Notes under the pieces: generated by a model
The model's input: the letters and a program-made list of their open reading frames with translations, nothing else
Told to the model about the DNA's origin: nothing
The model's database searches: none
Made by a program: the position numbers and the translations under genes
Shown here: positions 57,854-64,000 of the stretch, piece by piece
How the letters are laid out: each line of letters starts with the position of its first letter
Numbering within the stretch: position 1 is the first letter of the stretch
DNA from: an uncultured Rikenellaceae bacterium
GTDB taxonomy: Bacteria; Bacteroidota; Bacteroidia; Bacteroidales; VadinHA17
Assembly: GCA_964525415.1 (NCBI GenBank)
Contig: CAZGGZ010000004.1
Coordinates: 6,758 to 70,757, forward strand
Direction: 5' to 3'
Length of the DNA: 64,000 bases

Positions 57854-59239
57854 ATGTTCAAGTTTTTTTTCAGGTATTTCCACGACATTGAGATCGCTGT
57901 TGAATCGATAATATCCAACAAGCTGAAATCAATGCTTACAGCGCTCGGTATCATTTTCGGAGTAGCTGCAGTCATTGCAATGCTCGCCATAGGCAAAGGA
58001 GCAAAACAGGAGATCATGGAGCAGATGAAAATGGTCGGGGTCAACAACATCCTCATAAATCCTATAGTTCAGGATGAAACATCCTCAGGCGAGGAAGGCG
58101 AAAAACAGACAAAAAAGTTTTCAAGAGGATTAAGCATGCTGGATGTTGATGCAATACGTGAAACTATACCTTCAGTAAAAAGGATCAGCCCCGAGATATC
58201 ATTTAACTCCACAGCAATGATGAACGGTGTAAAATACACTGCAAAGCTTGTAGGAGTGTCAAATGATTACTTCCACCTCTATAGCCTGCCTTTGACAGCA
58301 GGTGCATTCTTCAATGAATACCAGGAAGAGAATGGCATACAGGTTTGCATTATAGGGGCAAACATCAGGGCAAAATTCTTCAGCCAGGTTGATCCCATCG
58401 GTCAGTATATCAAATTCAACGGCATATGGCTGAAAGTGATAGGTGTTCTTCAGAAGACGACAGTGAGCCTTACAGGCTTCGAGGAAAAAGGTGTGAATGT
58501 TTATAACGACAATATCTACATTCCGATACAGACCATGCTTCTCAGGTATCAGAACAGGGCTCTTGTTAATACCAAACTTGTATCAGAGGCTTCGACCAAC
58601 GTGATGGTATTTGGCGGACCCGGCGGAGGAGGTATGGGAAGGGTAATCGTCAGCAGCTCGGATGCAAGCTCAGATGTAGAGACCAATTATAACCAGCTGG
58701 ACCGGATTGTTGTCCAGGTAAATGAAACCGAACAGCTTAATTCAACTACAGAGATACTTAGCCGGATGATTATGCGCCGTCATTCAAATGTCAAGGACTT
58801 TGAAATAACGGTCCCTGAACTTCTGCTTAAGCAGCAGCAGAGAACAAAAGATATTTTCAATATTGTTCTCGGTGCAATTGCCAGCATCTCACTTATCGTT
58901 GGAGGTATAGGAATTATGAACATCATGTTCGCTTCAGTCATGGAAAGGATAAAAGAAATAGGAACCAGGATGGCCATCGGGGCAAAGAAAATGGATATTG
59001 TTGTACAGTTCCTTTCAGAAGCGGTCCTTATAAGCCTTTCAGGAGGTTTCATTGGCATATTCCTTGGTGTTATCATGGCAAAGCTGATAGAACAGATCGC
59101 CGGCATCATGACTATTGTATCATTCTTCTCTGTATTTATCTCCTTCGGAGTATCTGCAGCAGTAGGAGTGATATTTGGATATTCTCCAGCAAAGCGGGCA
59201 TCAGAAAAAGATCCGATAGAATCATTAAGATATGAATAA
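57854..59239 (+). CDS. MacB-type (FtsX-fold) ABC transporter permease, no nucleotide-binding domain
   Basis: 461 aa. TM1, a large periplasmic domain (~aa 45-330), and three C-terminal TMs with the FtsX block (GGIGIMNIMFASVMERIKEIGTRMAIGA). No Walker motifs. Confidence 0.88.
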   Translation: MFKFFFRYFHDIEIAVESIISNKLKSMLTALGIIFGVAAVIAMLAIGKGAKQEIMEQMKMVGVNNILINPIVQDETSSGEEGEKQTKKFSRGLSMLDVDAIRETIPSVKRISPEISFNSTAMMNGVKYTAKLVGVSNDYFHLYSLPLTAGAFFNEYQEENGIQVCIIGANIRAKFFSQVDPIGQYIKFNGIWLKVIGVLQKTTVSLTGFEEKGVNVYNDNIYIPIQTMLLRYQNRALVNTKLVSEASTNVMVFGGPGGGGMGRVIVSSSDASSDVETNYNQLDRIVVQVNETEQLNSTTEILSRMIMRRHSNVKDFEITVPELLLKQQQRTKDIFNIVLGAIASISLIVGGIGIMNIMFASVMERIKEIGTRMAIGAKKMDIVVQFLSEAVLISLSGGFIGIFLGVIMAKLIEQIAGIMTIVSFFSVFISFGVSAAVGVIFGYSPAKRASEKDPIESLRYE

Positions 59240-60731
59240 AATATTAATAATGAAGAAGTTAATAGTACTTACATTTGTTGCGTCTTTCCTCATTCCGATA
59301 CAGAAAATAAATGCACAGGAAATTAAAAAACTTACTTTTGAGGAAGTAATCAGGCTTGCCGAAGAGCAATCTCCCAACGCTTTGATCGCCAAGCACAGAT
59401 TCCGTGCAAGCTATTGGCAGTACAGGACATTCATTGCCCAGTACAGGCCTTCACTAACGCTGACAGGATCAACACCCGACTATAGTACAGCCTTCAGCAG
59501 GGTTTGGAATTCAGTGACAGAGCAGTGGGATTATGTCTCAACAAACATCCTGCAAACAATCGGGTCTCTCTCCCTGATGCAGAACATTGGTCTTACAGGA
59601 GGTACAATTTCACTTCAGTCAGACCTCACTCTTGAAAATAACTTTGAGACTGATAAGAACAGGTTTATTACAGCACCTGTAAGCATAAGGCTGATGCAGC
59701 CTCTCTTCAGGTACAATGAACTGAAGTGGGAGAAAAAGACAGAGCCTCTGAGATATGAATCGGCCAAGAAGACATTCCTGGAGAATTTGGAGATGGTTCA
59801 CATACAGGCGGTCCAGAACTTCTTCTCTCTGGCTCTTGCCCAGATAAACAAGCAGATAGCCGAGATGAACTATCTGAATGCCGATACTCTGTGGCGGATG
59901 GCCCAGGGAAGGTACAACCTCGGTACAATTGCTGAGGATGAACTGTTGCAGATGCAGCTCTCATGGCTTAACTCCGAGACATCAAGAAAACAGGCAGAGA
60001 TGAACCTGCGCGACAGGGAGATCCGCCTCAGGTCTTTTCTCGGCTTCAATGAGAGCATAAGGCTTGAGCTGATACTTCCAAGCGAGATACCGAACCTTCA
60101 GATTGAACCCCAGAAGGTGCTCGAGCTTGCTCATCAGAATAATCCCGAGATAATTGATCAGCAGCTGACTCTGCTTACTGCACAGAGCACAATGGCGCAG
60201 GCTAAGGCAGAGAAAGGATTGAATGCAAACCTGACTGCCTCTTTCGGCTTGCGCGACCAGGACCCTGATTTTGCCAAAGCATATTCGGAATCGGGCCAGC
60301 AGCAGACTGTCAGACTCGGCATTACAATGCCTATCCTTGACTGGGGGCTTGGCAAAGGGAGGTACAGGATGGCGCAATCGAGTCTTGAACTTGCCCAGGT
60401 TCAGGCTCAACAGGCTCTTGTGGACTTCGATCAAAACCTCCTGCTTGATGTTGAACAGTTTAACCTTCAATCGGAGCAGGTAAGGATCGCAGCCAAATCC
60501 GATACTGTTGCAACCAAAATGTACCAGGTTACCAAACAAAGATTCCTGATCGGTAAAATTACAGTGCTTGAGCTTAACAATGCCGATACCAGAAAAGACG
60601 AGAACAGAAGAGCATACGTGATGGCTCTGCAAAACTACTGGAATTACTTCTTCAATATCCGCAGCCTTGCACTGTATGATTTTATAAACAGGAGACCCCT
60701 TGAATCAGATTATGAAACGCTTGTGCAGTAG
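59232..60731 (+). CDS. TolC-family outer-membrane efflux protein
   Basis: 499 aa with a signal peptide (cleavage near INAQE). Two-fold repeat of long helical segments typical of TolC. The start is ATG 59232 (8-nt overlap with the permease gene) or ATG 59250. Confidence 0.88.
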   Translation: MNKILIMKKLIVLTFVASFLIPIQKINAQEIKKLTFEEVIRLAEEQSPNALIAKHRFRASYWQYRTFIAQYRPSLTLTGSTPDYSTAFSRVWNSVTEQWDYVSTNILQTIGSLSLMQNIGLTGGTISLQSDLTLENNFETDKNRFITAPVSIRLMQPLFRYNELKWEKKTEPLRYESAKKTFLENLEMVHIQAVQNFFSLALAQINKQIAEMNYLNADTLWRMAQGRYNLGTIAEDELLQMQLSWLNSETSRKQAEMNLRDREIRLRSFLGFNESIRLELILPSEIPNLQIEPQKVLELAHQNNPEIIDQQLTLLTAQSTMAQAKAEKGLNANLTASFGLRDQDPDFAKAYSESGQQQTVRLGITMPILDWGLGKGRYRMAQSSLELAQVQAQQALVDFDQNLLLDVEQFNLQSEQVRIAAKSDTVATKMYQVTKQRFLIGKITVLELNNADTRKDENRRAYVMALQNYWNYFFNIRSLALYDFINRRPLESDYETLVQ

Positions 60732-60753
60732 GTAACTGCATAAATAAGATAAT

Positions 60754-60787
60754 AAGGCTGGATATATGGTTATTCAGCCTTTTTTTA
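60754..60787 (+). terminator. candidate intrinsic terminator after the exporter operon
   Basis: Stem AAGGCTG (60754-60760) pairs with CAGCCTT (60775-60781) across a 14-nt loop, followed by a T-run. Confidence 0.5.
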
Positions 60788-60800
60788 TCTAAAAAATTAA

Positions 60801-60808
60801 TATATTTG
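60801..60808 (+). promoter_or_regulatory. candidate -7 promoter box (TATATTTG) for secDF
   Basis: Exact TAnnTTTG match 32 nt upstream of the ATG at 60841. Confidence 0.45.
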
Positions 60809-60840
60809 CGCCTCAATAAATAATTCAAAAAAAGATACAG

Positions 60841-63819
60841 ATGCAGAACAAAGCAGCTATCATCATTCTGGCAATTGCATTGGCGCTGGTTTCCATCTAT
60901 CAGCTTTCATTCACCTTTGCTACAGGCAAAGTAAAGAAGGATGCCAGGGAGTTTGCTCAGGGTGATCTCGTCAGGCAGAATCACTACATTGATTCAATTT
61001 CAACACTTACTGAGGATGACTGGAGCTTTTTAGGATACACTTTCAAGGAGTGTCAGAAAAGGGAGATCAACCTTGGCCTCGACCTTAAAGGAGGGATGGA
61101 CGTCATTCTTGAGGTCTCGGTTGAAGACATCCTTAAAGCTCTTTCGAATTACAGCACCGATAAGACTTTTGCTGATGCGCTTGCAAGAGCAAAACAGCTG
61201 CAGCAGCAGCAAAGTCAGCTCGATTTTCTTACACTTTTCGGAAGGGCATTCCAGGAAATTGATCCTAATGCAAAAATGGCTGCTATATTCGGAACCGTTG
61301 AGCTGAGGGACAGGGTCAACTTCAATTCCACAAATGAGCAAGTGCTGGAAGTCCTTGATGATGAAGTCAGCAGTGCCATAGACAATGCTTTCAACATACT
61401 CAGGACCAGGATTGACCGGTTTGGAGTTGTTCAGCCCAATATAACCCAGCTGGCAACAAAGGGGCGTATACTTATTTCTCTCCCCGGCCAGACTGATCCG
61501 CAGCGTGTTCGTGAACTCCTGCAGGGAACCGCTAACCTTGAATTCTGGGAAACCTACGATAATACTGAAGCAATAGGTTTTCTCTCAAGCGCAAACAATC
61601 TTCTAAAAGAGATCCAGGATAATTCCAGAAAGACTGAAGCAACACCCGAAGAGACCATTCAGGAAATTACACTCGCTGATACGACGCAGAAAGAAGATCA
61701 GAGCCTGCTTGACCTCATTGGAAAAGATACTGCCCAGGCAGCTGCTCCTAGCACTCTTGAAGAATTTACCGTGCAGAATCCCTTATTCGGTCTTCTTAAT
61801 CCCCGCGTAACTTCACAGGGGGAACCGTTAACCGGCTCTATGGTCGGGCTTGCAAGCGGAAAAGATACGGCAAAGGTCAACAGCTACCTGGCTATGAACC
61901 AGGTGAAAGCCCTGTTCCCACGCGATCTGAGACTATACTGGAGCCAGAATCCTTATAAATACGATGAAACAAAAACATACTATGAGCTGCATGCAATAAA
62001 GATAACAACGCGTGATGGCCGCGCGCCTCTTGGAGGTGACGTGATTACGGGTGCAAGACCATCTTCCGGAGTAACCGGTTCTGAAGTCAAGGTTGATTTC
62101 ACCATGAATGCTGAAGGAGCTAAAACATGGCAGAGGATGACACGTGAGAATATCGGCCGCAGCATCGCGGTTGTCCTTGATGGTTATGTTCGTTCCAATC
62201 CTGTGGTACAAAATGAAATATCAGGAGGCAGCACTGAAATCACAGGCGATTTTACAATTGAGGAAGCTGATGACCTGGCAAATATCCTTAAATCCGGCAA
62301 GCTGCCTGCACCGGCAAAGATAATTTCTGATACCGTGATCGGTCCGACTCTTGGCAAAGAGGCTATCAATGCAGGTATGATCTCATTCATTATTGCATTC
62401 ATTATAGTCCTGTCATATATGCTGTTTTATTACAGCACAAGCGCAGGAAGCATTGCAGATGTTGCACTTGTAGGAAACGTTTTCCTGATTTTCGGAGTAT
62501 CAGCATCACTGGGAGCTGTTCTTACACTCCCGGGTATTGCAGGGATTGTTCTTACAATGGGTATGTCGGTGGATGCAAATGTTCTTATCTATGAACGTAT
62601 TCGTGAGGAGCTCAGAGCCGGTAAAGGAGTAAAGCTGGCAGTTGCTGACGGATATAAAGGGGCTCTTTCCGCAATTCTTGATTCAAACATCACTACACTT
62701 CTGACAGGTATTGTACTGTATGTCTTCGGAACAGGCCCGATAAAGGGATTTGCCACAACACTGGTAATCGGTATTTTTACCTCACTCTTCTGCGCTATTT
62801 ATATAACCAGGCTTATATACGAATTCCTTCTTAAACGCAATGCGAAACTCAGTTTCTCCATTAAAATTACATCCAACATCCTGAAGAACACTAATGTTGA
62901 TTTTATGGGAAAAAGGAAGATCTTTTATGCTGTCTCAATTGCCATTACAATTATTGGCATTGCTTCTTTGTTTGTCAGAGGATTAAACCAGGGGATAGAC
63001 TTCACGGGAGGCCGGACATATGTTGTAAGATTTGAAAACGCAGTGAAAACCCAGGACGTTGCAGACAGGCTTGCATTGAAGTTTGGTGACGCACCACAGG
63101 TTGTAACTTTTGGAAGCGATAACCAGGTCAGGATAATCACAAAGTATAAAATCAATGAAACCGGAGTGGATGATGAAATAGAAACAGCTCTTTATGACGG
63201 ACTAAGGGACATGACAGATCCGGGAGTCACCAAAGAGAAGTTCCTCACCGATTACAGGATCAGTTCTGAAACCGTGGGGCCGACAGTAGCATCCGATATT
63301 AAAAGAAAGGCAGTCTGGGCAGTGGGACTTTCACTTGTTATCATGTTCATCTATATATTTATCAGGTTCAGGAACTGGCAATACGGGCTGGGCGCCATTG
63401 TTGCTGTCGCTCATGATGTGATGATCGTGATCGGAATTTATTCTCTTTTATGGGGCGTCTTACCCTTTACAATGGAAATCGATCAATCGTTTATTGCAGC
63501 TATATTGACAGTTATTGGTTATTCCGTCAACGACTCAGTAGTGGTTTTTGACAGGGTAAGGGAATTCCTGCCGCTTCACAGAAAGCGTCCGACAAAAGAA
63601 GTACTTAACCTGGCATTAAATGATACTCTGAGCCGGACACTTAATACTGGTGTAACCTCAATACTTGTACTTATTGCAATGTTCTTCTTTGGCGGAGCCA
63701 CGATCAGAGGATTCCTTTTTGCTATGGTTATAGGTATTATCGTCGGAACCTATTCTTCAATATTCGTGGCAACAGCGGTGGTCTATGATACATCATCAAA
63801 GAAAGGATTGAAATTCTGA
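60841..63819 (+). CDS. secDF: fused protein translocase subunit SecDF
   Basis: 992 aa. A SecD half (large periplasmic loop, then 5 TMs with GMSVDANVLIYERIREE) followed by a SecF half (VGPTVASDI... SVNDSVVVFDRVRE). Confidence 0.95.
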   Translation: MQNKAAIIILAIALALVSIYQLSFTFATGKVKKDAREFAQGDLVRQNHYIDSISTLTEDDWSFLGYTFKECQKREINLGLDLKGGMDVILEVSVEDILKALSNYSTDKTFADALARAKQLQQQQSQLDFLTLFGRAFQEIDPNAKMAAIFGTVELRDRVNFNSTNEQVLEVLDDEVSSAIDNAFNILRTRIDRFGVVQPNITQLATKGRILISLPGQTDPQRVRELLQGTANLEFWETYDNTEAIGFLSSANNLLKEIQDNSRKTEATPEETIQEITLADTTQKEDQSLLDLIGKDTAQAAAPSTLEEFTVQNPLFGLLNPRVTSQGEPLTGSMVGLASGKDTAKVNSYLAMNQVKALFPRDLRLYWSQNPYKYDETKTYYELHAIKITTRDGRAPLGGDVITGARPSSGVTGSEVKVDFTMNAEGAKTWQRMTRENIGRSIAVVLDGYVRSNPVVQNEISGGSTEITGDFTIEEADDLANILKSGKLPAPAKIISDTVIGPTLGKEAINAGMISFIIAFIIVLSYMLFYYSTSAGSIADVALVGNVFLIFGVSASLGAVLTLPGIAGIVLTMGMSVDANVLIYERIREELRAGKGVKLAVADGYKGALSAILDSNITTLLTGIVLYVFGTGPIKGFATTLVIGIFTSLFCAIYITRLIYEFLLKRNAKLSFSIKITSNILKNTNVDFMGKRKIFYAVSIAITIIGIASLFVRGLNQGIDFTGGRTYVVRFENAVKTQDVADRLALKFGDAPQVVTFGSDNQVRIITKYKINETGVDDEIETALYDGLRDMTDPGVTKEKFLTDYRISSETVGPTVASDIKRKAVWAVGLSLVIMFIYIFIRFRNWQYGLGAIVAVAHDVMIVIGIYSLLWGVLPFTMEIDQSFIAAILTVIGYSVNDSVVVFDRVREFLPLHRKRPTKEVLNLALNDTLSRTLNTGVTSILVLIAMFFFGGATIRGFLFAMVIGIIVGTYSSIFVATAVVYDTSSKKGLKF

Positions 63820-63844
63820 TATTTAACAGATAAATATTTTTTGC

Positions 63845-63875
63845 AGGGACGTTCCATGGGACGTCCCTTTTTTTT
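63845..63875 (+). terminator. intrinsic terminator after secDF
   Basis: AGGGACGT (63845-63852) pairs with ACGTCCCT (63861-63868), immediately followed by a run of 8 T. Confidence 0.7.
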
Positions 63876-63876
63876 C

Positions 63877-63884
63877 TAATTTTG
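63877..63884 (+). promoter_or_regulatory. candidate -7 promoter box (TAATTTTG) for tatA
   Basis: Exact TAnnTTTG match 26 nt upstream of the ATG at 63911. Confidence 0.45.
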
Positions 63885-63910
63885 TACCTGAAAGGAAACG
63901 CAGCAGATAA

Positions 63911-64000
63911 ATGAGCGGACCGGAGATATTTGTAATTATAATAGTTGTACTGATTCTGTTCGGAGCCGATAAACTCCCGGACCTTGCTAAAGGATTTGGG
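63911..64000 (+). CDS. tatA: twin-arginine translocase subunit TatA/E (N-terminal 30 codons; runs off the window)
   Basis: The translation MSGPEIFVIIIVVLILFGADKLPDLAKGFG matches the TatA TM helix plus hinge (LFG..KLP....GF/LG). Confidence 0.8.
   Translation, partial: MSGPEIFVIIIVVLILFGADKLPDLAKGFG

Noticed and set aside
57863-57870. T8 homopolymers just inside the 5' ends of the MacB-type permease gene (57863-57870) and the sensor-phosphatase gene (47996-48003), as possible slipped-strand phase-variation switches.
   Set aside because: Equally long homopolymers occur in essential genes here, for example A8 in murD near 12169. Eight nt is short for efficient slippage, and Bacteroidota phase variation usually uses invertases, none of which is present.
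1-64000. Search for CRISPR arrays, tRNA/rRNA genes, IS elements, integrases, phage or defence-system genes, and invertible-promoter inverted repeats.
   Set aside because: None was found by eye. The intergenic regions are short, the longest being 332 bp at 5001-5332. All large ORFs are accounted for by housekeeping or envelope functions.

Overview
This is a chromosomal segment from a Bacteroidota-type genome. Supporting signs are repeated TAnnTTTG -7 promoter boxes just upstream of genes, a T9SS type-B cargo gene with a PorP/SprF partner, a fused SecDF, and the Bacteroidota gene order of the division/cell-wall (dcw) cluster. I support about 47 protein-coding genes. I saw no rRNA, tRNA, CRISPR array, transposase, integrase or phage genes. 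Layout by coordinate: 0-5 kb holds a partial repeat protein, a SPOR protein, purF, and a minus-strand two-gene N-acyl-amino-acid lipid cassette. 5.3-20.6 kb is a complete dcw cluster (mraZ-rsmH-ftsL-ftsI-murE-mraY-murD-ftsW-murG-murC-ftsQ-ftsA-ftsZ), preceded by three 10-bp-phased GTGG MraZ boxes. 20.7-36.4 kb holds an outer-membrane (OM) porin-like protein, an MltF-like transglycosylase, a LolE-like permease, a DUF1343/NamZ-like protein, an aminotransferase, valS, an orphan lipoprotein, a glutamine-synthetase-family gene, yihY, nadC, a DUF4783-like gene and rlmH. 36.4-51.6 kb is the only accessory-looking block. It contains a 1245-aa polytopic NtrY-like histidine kinase with no response regulator, and a 1419-aa Gly-rich and Ig-repeat protein with a T9SS type-B C-terminal domain (CTD). 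These are followed by a PorP/SprF gene, a PD40+PKD protein, an unknown secreted protein, and a periplasmic propeller sensor fused to a PP2C/SpoIIE phosphatase. 51.7-64 kb holds der, era, a pseudouridine synthase, glmM, a MacA/MacB-permease/TolC exporter with no ATPase gene, secDF and the start of tatA. Most of the window is ordinary core genome. I found no compelling evidence of a wholly new system. The best candidates for follow-up are the sensor-flanked T9SS adhesin block, an inverted-repeat-rich element upstream of the mraZ operator, and a 3 x 10-bp direct repeat in the valS/aminotransferase promoter region. All family calls rest on motif recognition by eye; no database search was run.
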